Source of the DNA: Thermoproteota archaeon
GTDB taxonomy: Archaea > Korarchaeota > Korarchaeia > Korarchaeales > Korarchaeaceae
Reading direction: 5' to 3'
DNA: 38,603 bases
Assembly (NCBI GenBank): GCA_037917625.1
Contig: JAVCBY010000033.1
Location: 1 to 38,603, forward strand
Positions 27,480-35,565 of the stretch are shown one piece after another. How positions within the stretch are numbered: position 1 is the stretch's first letter; every line of letters starts with the position of its first letter. The notes below the pieces were generated by a model, which saw only the letters and a list, made by a program, of their open reading frames with translations, made no database searches and was not told where the DNA came from. A program made the translations under genes and the position numbers.

Positions 27480-27989
27480 ATGGGAGTCCCAGAGGAGCAC
27501 AAGAGGGGAGCTCCCTCTAAGCTCAGCTACTCAATATTCGTAGTCAGTACATCGAGATTCAGTGATAAGAGTAAGGAGGATCTGACTGGGAAGATCGCTA
27601 CGGAAATAATAGAGGCTTCAGGCAATTTAGTTGTGAGGAAGGAGATAATACCAGATGATGAAGGTCTCATAAGGGCATCTCTGATAAGGGCAGCGGAGGA
27701 TTCTGATGTGATAATATTCTGCGGAGGAACAGGTGTTAGCCCATCAGATGTAACGCCGGAAGCAATAGGGCCGCTCCTTAAGAAGGAGCTTCCTGGATTT
27801 GGAGAGATATTCAGGTGGCTAAGTTACTCCCAAATAGGTAGTTCAGCTATTGCTAGTAGAGCCTCAGCTGGATTTTACCTGAAATCCCTCGTTTTCATGC
27901 TTCCAGGATCGCCTGATGCTGTTAAGTTAGCTCTCGAGAGGTTGATAGTACCTGAAGCCCCCCACTTGATCAAGCTCGCTAGGGGCTGA
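27480..27989 (+). CDS. moaB: Molybdopterin adenylyltransferase MoaB
   Basis: D-TG, I-PDD, GGTG----DVTPEA, ELPGFGE-FR-LS, SRA-AG, LPGSP-AV motifs. Confidence 0.93.
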   Translation: MGVPEEHKRGAPSKLSYSIFVVSTSRFSDKSKEDLTGKIATEIIEASGNLVVRKEIIPDDEGLIRASLIRAAEDSDVIIFCGGTGVSPSDVTPEAIGPLLKKELPGFGEIFRWLSYSQIGSSAIASRASAGFYLKSLVFMLPGSPDAVKLALERLIVPEAPHLIKLARG

Positions 27990-29931
27990 TGGGGAGGCCT
28001 ATATCATCACCCGCTTCAATACCATCTAACTCATTTAACTTACTCCTGAATTCTCTCAAGATCTCTACGAATTCCTCGATCGCTCTCTTTCCCATCGAGG
28101 ATCTCCTGATCAAGAAATCATAATTTTCCTCAGCTATTGGAATGAAATCTAAATCATAAATTCCAGCTACGGTCTTTATCCCAATTCCCACATCAGCAAT
28201 ACCATTTTTAATTGCTATAGCGACTGCATTATGAGATTTAGCCTCATTCCAATATCCTCTGATGCCCTTAATGGCCTCGGAGATATCGATACCCATTCTC
28301 TCAGCCTCTACTTTGAGCAGATAATCGAGCAGTATCCTAGTGCCCGAGCCCTTATTCCTGTTCATCATCACTATATCCCTCCTCTCTAAGATATCCCTAA
28401 TTCCCTTTATCCCCTTTGGATTTCCTCTAGCCACTATAAGGCCTTGGATCCTCTTGTAGCCCCTTATTAAGATAGCCTTATCCTCTATTGAGAACTTCCG
28501 CATGAAAGGCACGTTGTACTCCATAGTCTCCGGGTCAAATGCGTGCACACCAGCTAGATCGGCTTCCCCTCTAGCTATTGCCTTGAACCCCCCGGAGGAC
28601 CCAACGAATACTGACTTAACGTGGAACCCCCTCCTCCTCATCTCAGCCATTATTAGCTCCAATCCGATGCAATGGCTACCTACTACGGATATATCAGCGA
28701 TCCTATCCGTGAAGAGCTTGACTCTGACGGGCTCCCCCTCCTCTATGAGTTCCCTGAGCTCCTCCATCTCCACGTAACCATCAGCCCTTGAGAGCGTTGA
28801 AATAGCCTCAGATCCTGTAGGAACAGGGAAAACTAGGAATCCCTCGTCCTTCACGATATGGACGGGAAGTAGGTCCTTCCTCCCCCTCTCCCCAATTATC
28901 CTCTCCGCAGCCCTTCCAATTATCTCCTTTCCAGTCTCCAGAGGCTTTCCGCTCCACTTTCTTATGAGAGGAGAGACTATCTCTCTATAAACCGTGAGGC
29001 AGCTCGTAGGATAGCCCGGGAGACCTATCACAAGCTTCCCTTTGGCCTCAGCTATTACAGTCGGCTTCCCCGGATGCATAGCTATGCCGTGGACGATAAC
29101 GCCTGGGGGACCCAGTTCCTCAAGCACTCTATACATGACATCGCCAGCTCCGACGCTAGTGCTCCCTGAAATCAAAATGATATCGAATTTCTCAATCTCC
29201 CTCTTCAGGGAATCCCTTATAGCTTCATAATCATCGGGGAGTATGCCTAGGAACGTGGGCTCCCCGCCGTCCTCTAAAACGGAAGCTATGAGGGATGATG
29301 AGTTCACATCGTATATCTTCCCGTACCCTAAGGCCTCCCCTGGCTGAGCTAACTCATCCCCCGTCGAGAATATCCCTACCTTAGGTTTCGAGAGCACTTC
29401 CACCTCCCTTATGCCAGTTGCAGCTAGGATCCCTATCTCCCTCGCTGTGAGCCTCATCCCTCTATAAGCTACTGTCTCACCCACTCTCACATCAGATCCA
29501 GCGCCTTGCACGTTCTCCCCGGGGGCTACGGATCTCATCACAAGGATACTATCGCCTTTTCTCACAGTGAACTCTTCCTTAACGACGGAATTGGCCCCTC
29601 TAGGCATGGGAGCGCCAGTAGCTACCTCAACAGCCTCCCTCTCACCCACCTCCCCTAGAAAGGGATGCCCAGCTGAGGCAACTCCTATTATCTTGAGCTC
29701 CACGGGATTGTCCTCATCGGCCCAGAAGGTGTCTTCCGCTCTCACAGCGTAACCGTCGAGCATCACCCTATCGAATCCCGGTACATCGACCCTCGATACG
29801 ATATCCTCAGCTAAAATCCTACCGAACGCATCCCAAATAGGTATTCTTTCCCTCCTTTCCGGCCTCTCATATCTCATAATTAAATCCTTAACTTCCTCTA
29901 AGCTCTTAAGATGTCTGAAGACTTTCCTCAA
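27979..29931 (-). CDS. moeA: Molybdopterin metal insertase MoeA fused to a C-terminal periplasmic-binding-protein-like (PBP) domain
   Basis: P-FDR---DGYAV, TGAPMP-GA, STGDEL, SG-TSVG-GD, PGKPT, GLPG-P; then GSHC, GS-GG, AG-H, GY-R-QG, NRN-GSGTR, E-YDF motifs. Confidence 0.93.
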   Translation of the reverse strand: MRKVFRHLKSLEEVKDLIMRYERPERRERIPIWDAFGRILAEDIVSRVDVPGFDRVMLDGYAVRAEDTFWADEDNPVELKIIGVASAGHPFLGEVGEREAVEVATGAPMPRGANSVVKEEFTVRKGDSILVMRSVAPGENVQGAGSDVRVGETVAYRGMRLTAREIGILAATGIREVEVLSKPKVGIFSTGDELAQPGEALGYGKIYDVNSSSLIASVLEDGGEPTFLGILPDDYEAIRDSLKREIEKFDIILISGSTSVGAGDVMYRVLEELGPPGVIVHGIAMHPGKPTVIAEAKGKLVIGLPGYPTSCLTVYREIVSPLIRKWSGKPLETGKEIIGRAAERIIGERGRKDLLPVHIVKDEGFLVFPVPTGSEAISTLSRADGYVEMEELRELIEEGEPVRVKLFTDRIADISVVGSHCIGLELIMAEMRRRGFHVKSVFVGSSGGFKAIARGEADLAGVHAFDPETMEYNVPFMRKFSIEDKAILIRGYKRIQGLIVARGNPKGIKGIRDILERRDIVMMNRNKGSGTRILLDYLLKVEAERMGIDISEAIKGIRGYWNEAKSHNAVAIAIKNGIADVGIGIKTVAGIYDLDFIPIAEENYDFLIRRSSMGKRAIEEFVEILREFRSKLNELDGIEAGDDIGLPISP

Positions 29932-31168
29932 GATCCAACCACCTCTTGTAAATTATTACATCGACTTCATCACCTTCCTCATATCCCTCGACTTCCTCAG
30001 GGACTATGAGGAAGCCATCCGATCTTATTAGGGAGCTTATTATACCAGCGCCGCCTATCCTCACGGGGGTAGCGATGTAGGAATCACCACTCTTAGTAAG
30101 CTTCACCCTAACGTAATGCCTCACTCCCGGGGAAGAGGGAATCCTCTGGGAGAGCTTAGCTTTCACTCTAGCCTTAACTTCCACTCCCCTGATCCCTAAG
30201 AGCTTCTCTATTATCGGCAATAATATCTCGCTAGTAGCTACCATAGCGGATACAGGGTAACCGGGTATACCTACTAGAAGTCTCTCCCTTAATGTAGCGA
30301 GTATAGTCGGTTTCCCTGGCATTATGCTGAGGCCGCGTACTAAGATCTCACCGCCCATCGACTTTATCACATCGTATAGGTAATCCTTACTCCCGACACT
30401 GCTCCCAGCTATAGTTACGATGATATCGCAATCATCACAAGCTTCTATGAGGCTCTTAATAGAATCGGGCTCATCTCTAGCTATACCTAAATATCTGGTC
30501 TCAGCTAGCTCCCCTATGATCGCTCTAATCCCGAATAAATTGGAGTTCACGATCTTACCCCTCTTTAGCTCGGATCCAAGTTCGACTAGCTCATTCCCGC
30601 TCGCTATTATGCATACTCTCGGCTTCCTAACGACAGGGACTTGCGTTATATTCAAGGAAGCTATTGCGAGTATTTCGAATGGGCCTAAAAAAGTTCCCTT
30701 CTTGAGGAGAACTTCTCCCCTCCTTATATCGCTTCCTACCCTATCTACGTTAGCTCCCGGAGCTATTTGCTTCAATATCTCAACGTACTCACCTATTCTC
30801 CTTGAATATTCAAGCGGGACGACTGAATCGGCTCCTCTAGGCATGGGAGCGCCAGTAGCTACCTCAACAGCTTCCATACCCCTTATCTCAAGTTCACATT
30901 CCTCCCCAGGAGAGGAGGATCCTATCACCCTCAGGACTATGGGATTATCCGGGGAGGCCCCGAAGGTGCTCTCAGATCTCACAGCGTATCCATCGAAAGC
31001 GACCCTATCGTAAGGGGGGAAATCGTTAGGGGAGACTATATCCTCAGCTAATACTCTTCCCAGGGCTCTTTCAGTGCTCACGATCTCGCTGGGAAGATTA
31101 CTTATACGATCTGATATCTTCGAGAGGGCCTCATCAACCCTACTGAGCTTATCGAACAGCTTGCCCAT
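29906..31168 (-). CDS. moeA: Molybdopterin metal insertase MoeA
   Basis: GRVLAEDI, PPYDR---DGYAV, TGAPMP-GAD, SGNEL, GSSVG--D, PGKPT, G-PGYPVS, G---SSL---DG motifs. Start taken at MGKLF (31168). Confidence 0.93.
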   Translation of the reverse strand: MGKLFDKLSRVDEALSKISDRISNLPSEIVSTERALGRVLAEDIVSPNDFPPYDRVAFDGYAVRSESTFGASPDNPIVLRVIGSSSPGEECELEIRGMEAVEVATGAPMPRGADSVVPLEYSRRIGEYVEILKQIAPGANVDRVGSDIRRGEVLLKKGTFLGPFEILAIASLNITQVPVVRKPRVCIIASGNELVELGSELKRGKIVNSNLFGIRAIIGELAETRYLGIARDEPDSIKSLIEACDDCDIIVTIAGSSVGSKDYLYDVIKSMGGEILVRGLSIMPGKPTILATLRERLLVGIPGYPVSAMVATSEILLPIIEKLLGIRGVEVKARVKAKLSQRIPSSPGVRHYVRVKLTKSGDSYIATPVRIGGAGIISSLIRSDGFLIVPEEVEGYEEGDEVDVIIYKRWLDLEESLQTS

Positions 31169-31250
31169 CTGGGTTAGCTGGGCGCCCCGGTTAAAATAGT
31201 TGTGTCCGCAGTAAATTCTTTTAAATGCATGACATATCAACTCTCCCAAC

Positions 31251-32267
31251 ATGCGCATGATACTGATGGGACTCGGTGTGGTCGGTAGGTCCTTCTTACG
31301 TACACTCATTGAGAGGGCCCCGGAACTGAGGTTGAAGTATGGCCTGAACCCGACTTTAGTAGCTGTAGCGGATTCCTCCTCAGCTGTCCAAGATGAGAGG
31401 GGGCTTGATCCTAGAGAGATATTGGATCTGAAGGTAAGGAAGGGCTCCCTATCTGGGCATGCCCGTGAGGTAGGGATGAGAGGAGTGGAGCTGATAAGGG
31501 GTGTGGACGCTGAAGTGCTCATCGACGTTACTCCATCGAATTTCAAAACAGGTGAGCCCTCCCTCTCATACATAAAGGCAGCTTTAAACACTGGAAAACA
31601 TGTGATAACAGCTAGCAAGGGCCCGTTTGCTTTAGAAATGCCTGCCTTAATTGAGATGTTTCAAGAGGGCGGTCTTCACCTCCTATTCAGTGGCACAGTT
31701 GGAGGGGGTGTGCCCTTCGTCAGGTTCGTCAGGAAATGCCTGATAGGGGAGAGGGTGCTAGCGATAAAGGGAGTCCTCAATGGGACCACTAACTACATAT
31801 TGACGAGGATGGAATCAGGATTATCCTTCGAGAGCGCCTTGAGAGAGGCCCAGGAACTGGGTTACGCTGAAGCAGATCCATCAAATGATATAGATGGTCT
31901 TGACTCAGCCGCTAAGCTCGTTATACTATCCAATCTCGCGATGGAGACGGATTTGACCATAAGGGATGTGGAGATAGAGGGGATAAGGGGGGTAGAAATA
32001 GATAGAAAGATATTAGAGGAAGGAAAGTCCGTGAGATTGATAGCAAGCTCAGATGAATTTGGAGCAAGAGTGAGGCCCGAGATCATAGATAGGACCGATC
32101 CTCTAGCGGTATCAGGGGCTTTAAACGCGGTCTCATTCTTCGCAGAGTCCTCCGGGAGGCACACTCTTATAGGGAAGGGAGCGGGAGGCGATGAGACGGC
32201 AATGGCTCTCATTAGGGACTTAGTAGAGCTCAGGATGAGCTTGAGCGAGGTGGGAGCTTGCTTGTGA
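31251..32267 (+). CDS. hom: Homoserine dehydrogenase
   Basis: G-G-VG, GKHV-TA-KGP, TVGGG-P, GVLNGTTNYIL--M, AQELGYAEADP--D-DG-D-AAK, G-GAG--ETA motifs. Confidence 0.95.
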   Translation: MRMILMGLGVVGRSFLRTLIERAPELRLKYGLNPTLVAVADSSSAVQDERGLDPREILDLKVRKGSLSGHAREVGMRGVELIRGVDAEVLIDVTPSNFKTGEPSLSYIKAALNTGKHVITASKGPFALEMPALIEMFQEGGLHLLFSGTVGGGVPFVRFVRKCLIGERVLAIKGVLNGTTNYILTRMESGLSFESALREAQELGYAEADPSNDIDGLDSAAKLVILSNLAMETDLTIRDVEIEGIRGVEIDRKILEEGKSVRLIASSDEFGARVRPEIIDRTDPLAVSGALNAVSFFAESSGRHTLIGKGAGGDETAMALIRDLVELRMSLSEVGACL

Positions 32268-33625
32268 TGAAATTCGGGGGATCAATACTAGAGGGATCGA
32301 GGGACTTCATGGAGATATCAGATTACATCATGGAGCAAAGTGAGAGGAAAATAATAGTTATCTCAGCGATTAAGGGGGTCACCGATTCCTTACTCAAGCT
32401 CCACAATTTAGCTGTGTCAGGCGATGAAATTAACGCGAGCAAAGTCCTATCCGACCTAGAGGAGATGCATCTGAGGGTTTGTGAGGAATTGGGGATAAGG
32501 TGCGAGGATGTGAGGAAGGACCTGGATAAGTTGGAGAGGATAGTTAGGGGTATGCTCTACTTAGGGGAATCGACTCCCAGGATAAGGGATCTGATCGCGT
32601 CATTCGGCGAGAACCTCAGTGGTAAGATCCTAACTGGTCTCTTGAGGGATAGGGGGATTAATTCGAGGTTCCTAACTGGTGGGGAAGCTGGTATAATCAC
32701 TGATGAATGTTATGGTAATGCAAACCCCTTGCTAAAAGCCACCAGGATATACCTGAGGACTAGGCTCCTGCCTCTCCTCGAAGACACCGTTCCCATAGTT
32801 GCTGGTTTCTCAGGCGTCACTATGCTCGGCAAGATCACGACGCTAGGCAGAGGGGGGAGCGATCTGACAGCTGTACTGATAGGTTCCTCACTCTCCGCTC
32901 GTGAGGTCTGCCTCTGGACGGATGTAGATGGTCTAATGACGGCTGATCCTAAAGTGGTCAGGGATGCCAGAGTCCTGAAAAATGTCTCATATCCTGAAGC
33001 CATAGAGATGTCTCATTTTGGAGCAAAAAGAATGAACCCAAGGTTTTTTGAGCCAGCGATACCTACTAAGACTCCAATAAGGATAAGGAACTTCAGGAAT
33101 AGGGAGTGTGAGGGGACCCTCGTATCGGAGAGGGGAAGCTCATCTAGGAATGTCGTTAGAGCCATAGGGATGAAGAGAGGGGTATCTATATTGACCGTCA
33201 GGGGAGCTCGCATGGTTGGGAGGCCTGGGATAGCTCATATGCTCTTCAAAGTCCTAGGGGAGAGCTATATAAACGTGGGGATGATATCGCAATCGGTCTC
33301 AGAGTCCGATATATCTGTATTACTCGATGGCAGGGCAGCTGAGAAGGCTAGAGGCCTCGTGGAAGCAAGGCTCGGGACCCTCTTCAGGGAGGTATTGATA
33401 GAGAGGGATTGCGCAGCTGTAGCGGCGATAGGCTCCGGTATGAGGGGGACTCCGGGAGTGGCCGCTAGAGTCTTCAGAGCTGTAGCTGAGAGGGGCATAA
33501 ACGTTAAGATGATAGCTCAGGGCTCATCCGAGCTGAGCATATCTTTCGTGGTGAATGGGAGCGATGGAGAGGAAGCTGTAAGGGCTTTACATGAGGAGTT
33601 CGAGCTCAGTAAGATCGAGGATTAA
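32258..33625 (+). CDS. lysC: Aspartate kinase with two ACT domains
   Basis: VMKFGGS, SA--GVTD, TTLGRGGSD-TA, WTDVDG-MTADP, EA-E---FGAK, G-GM-G-PG-A, MI-QG-SE--IS motifs. Confidence 0.95.
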   Translation: MLVMKFGGSILEGSRDFMEISDYIMEQSERKIIVISAIKGVTDSLLKLHNLAVSGDEINASKVLSDLEEMHLRVCEELGIRCEDVRKDLDKLERIVRGMLYLGESTPRIRDLIASFGENLSGKILTGLLRDRGINSRFLTGGEAGIITDECYGNANPLLKATRIYLRTRLLPLLEDTVPIVAGFSGVTMLGKITTLGRGGSDLTAVLIGSSLSAREVCLWTDVDGLMTADPKVVRDARVLKNVSYPEAIEMSHFGAKRMNPRFFEPAIPTKTPIRIRNFRNRECEGTLVSERGSSSRNVVRAIGMKRGVSILTVRGARMVGRPGIAHMLFKVLGESYINVGMISQSVSESDISVLLDGRAAEKARGLVEARLGTLFREVLIERDCAAVAAIGSGMRGTPGVAARVFRAVAERGINVKMIAQGSSELSISFVVNGSDGEEAVRALHEEFELSKIED

Positions 33626-33654
33626 GCTTAAATTTTCCATGTTGATATTGACGC

Positions 33655-33727
33655 GCCCCGGTAGCTCAGTCGGCAGAGCGGCCGCCTTGTAAGCGGCAGG
33701 TCGGGGGTTCGAGGCCCCCCCGGGGCT
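33655..33727 (+). tRNA. tRNA-Thr(TGT)
   Basis: GCCCCGG acceptor, GCCGC-CT-TGT-AA-GCGGC, GGGGG-TTCGAGG-CCCCC; no encoded CCA. Confidence 0.95.
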
Positions 33728-33785
33728 CTCCCCTACAAACTCGAGTTGATGATTTCAAAAGCTTTTAAATTTAAGTTCAAAAATT

Positions 33786-34541
33786 TTAAAGCTTAAGATA
33801 ACTCTTGGGCGCTAAAATTGAGGACAGCTCCTCAACACCGGCTACAAGACCGAATTCTCTATTCAGTCCATTTACTTCAATCTTATTTATGAAAACAGAT
33901 CCTCCTGCTTCCTTAACCAGTAAAAGGCCTGCTGCTATATCGACTATCCTGAGATCCTCCTTTAAATCGATTAGTAGATCCAGCTTCCCCTCAGATATGA
34001 GGGCGAGCCCTAGGGCAATCGATCCATAGTCTCTCCTAGCTATATGCTTGAATTTAAGATCAGCTAATGGATCTGGATCCTGGCAAGGGGCATATATCAC
34101 TGGAGTTCCCCTGAAGCTTCTCACCTTTATCCTACATCCATTCTTATATGCTCCCTTCCCTCTCTCGGCATAGTAGAGATCGCCCGAGAATATATTGAGT
34201 ATCACAGACGCGGATATGTCTTTGATGGAGTTGGAGAGGGAGTATGCTATTGAGATGCATGAGAAAGGTATACCTCTATCCGCATTGGAGCTACCATCGA
34301 CAGGATCTATTAGTATGAGCCCATCACCCTCCCCCTCTATGAAACCGTTCTCCTCGCTCAGGATACTCGGCCTCCTCGATACCGATGCCCACCTCTCTAT
34401 CTCGAGCTTTGCCGCTTCATCCACAGCTCTTACACGATCCCCACCTTCACTCACATATTCCAGCTCCTCATCAGAGCCCAAGTATTCCGTCACGCGGTCC
34501 TTTATCCTCAGCGAAAGGTCTATAAGGTCTTCAAGGATCAT
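33786..34541 (-). CDS. Inositol monophosphatase / FBPase (FIG superfamily) protein
   Basis: ILSEE, IDPVDGS-N, Y-AE-GKGA--NG, GS-AL, R-VDIAAG-----EAGG motifs. Confidence 0.9.
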   Translation of the reverse strand: MILEDLIDLSLRIKDRVTEYLGSDEELEYVSEGGDRVRAVDEAAKLEIERWASVSRRPSILSEENGFIEGEGDGLILIDPVDGSSNADRGIPFSCISIAYSLSNSIKDISASVILNIFSGDLYYAERGKGAYKNGCRIKVRSFRGTPVIYAPCQDPDPLADLKFKHIARRDYGSIALGLALISEGKLDLLIDLKEDLRIVDIAAGLLLVKEAGGSVFINKIEVNGLNREFGLVAGVEELSSILAPKSYLKL

Positions 34542-34551
34542 CTGGAGATTC

Positions 34552-34809
34552 TCACCCCAATCCCTTGGCTTTTGAATCGAACCTCAACCAATTCTCATAT
34601 GAGCGTCTCTCGACCTCTTTTAACTTACTCAGGACGAATTCCCTTATCTCAGAGCTCTCCACATACTCTCTGCCTCTAAATAAGCTCTCACATTCTTCAG
34701 CTATTTTATCAGCTAACTCAACAGAAGATCCAGCCTTTATCAATGCAGAAACTATCTTCATCTTGGAGAAATCCTCCTCCTTCCCGTTCCTCTTTCTCAC
34801 CTTGATCAA
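34552..34809 (-). CDS. Stand-alone ATP-cone domain protein
   Basis: V-KR-G--E-F---KI------AG...A--IA...SSEIR--V---L pattern; 85 aa; GGTGG RBS with TTG start. Confidence 0.82.
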   Translation of the reverse strand: MIKVRKRNGKEEDFSKMKIVSALIKAGSSVELADKIAEECESLFRGREYVESSEIREFVLSKLKEVERRSYENWLRFDSKAKGLG

Positions 34810-34875
34810 GCTACCACCCAGCTCCTATGCTGGAAGATGCGAAAAACTTTTCTACTCCTCATGCACACTGCCCAG

Positions 34876-35277
34876 ATGGAAATAGCTGTGAGAGTCATGA
34901 GGGTGCTGGGCGAGAGGTTCGTGGAACCCGAGGATCCATTGCCCGATAACCTTCAGATAGCGGTTAATATGAATATAGGGAGGGTTGAGAGGCAGGGTAA
35001 CTCTGCTAAGTGTAAATTCGTTATGGATGTAAGCTACATGCCCTCTATAGCTAGGATAACTGTCGAAGGTAGGGTCATCGCGAGGGGCTCCTCAGATGAG
35101 ATGGAGAGGCTCATTTCAGATGTGATGGGTGGGAAATTACCATCCCCTATAGTTCAGAGCATCTATACAGTTGGGACTAGTGAGATAATAATAGTATGCA
35201 GGTCCATAGGAGTACCTCCGCCCCTTCCACCCATACCCCAGCCTAAGTCGGAGGAGGGTATAGGTTACTCCCTCTGA
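34876..35277 (+). CDS. Conserved archaeal hypothetical protein, possible SecB-like fold
   Basis: Four beta-like segments (F---V-Y-P-IA-I-VEG), C-terminal helix and G-PPPLP motif. Fold assignment is inference. Confidence 0.6.
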   Translation: MEIAVRVMRVLGERFVEPEDPLPDNLQIAVNMNIGRVERQGNSAKCKFVMDVSYMPSIARITVEGRVIARGSSDEMERLISDVMGGKLPSPIVQSIYTVGTSEIIIVCRSIGVPPPLPPIPQPKSEEGIGYSL

Positions 35278-35278
35278 A

Positions 35279-35557
35279 CTAAACAGATAACGAAAATGGT
35301 GGGGAGGAGCCCCCGCTTATCTCGGGCATCACAATTAGCTCATCATCTTGGGATACGGGAGCATCTAGCCCACCTTTAGACTCAGCGGAGACTCCATTGA
35401 TGAGCACTATCATCTTCAGCTTCTCTCCATCGGTTATCAGTTTCCTCACATCCTCGGGCAGTCTCTCCAGTACCTCCCTGAGCGTGGTCCTCCCTAAATC
35501 TAGCTCGACGACCCCTCCCATGATCTCCTTAGGCTTCCCCAGGAACCTTATCCTCAT
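35279..35557 (-). CDS. MoaD/ThiS/SAMP ubiquitin-like sulfur carrier with C-terminal extension
   Basis: MRIRF-G, TL-E-L--L, VLING-------GLD-----DE----P--SGG followed by SSPPFSLSV*; directly downstream of the oxidoreductase. Confidence 0.85.
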   Translation of the reverse strand: MRIRFLGKPKEIMGGVVELDLGRTTLREVLERLPEDVRKLITDGEKLKMIVLINGVSAESKGGLDAPVSQDDELIVMPEISGGSSPPFSLSV

Positions 35558-35565
35558 GCTCCCCC

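Noticed and set aside
31169-31618. 150-aa N-terminal extension of MoeA in the ORF track
   Set aside because: It is the antisense shadow of hom plus the divergent promoter region; MoeA similarity begins at MGKLF (31168).
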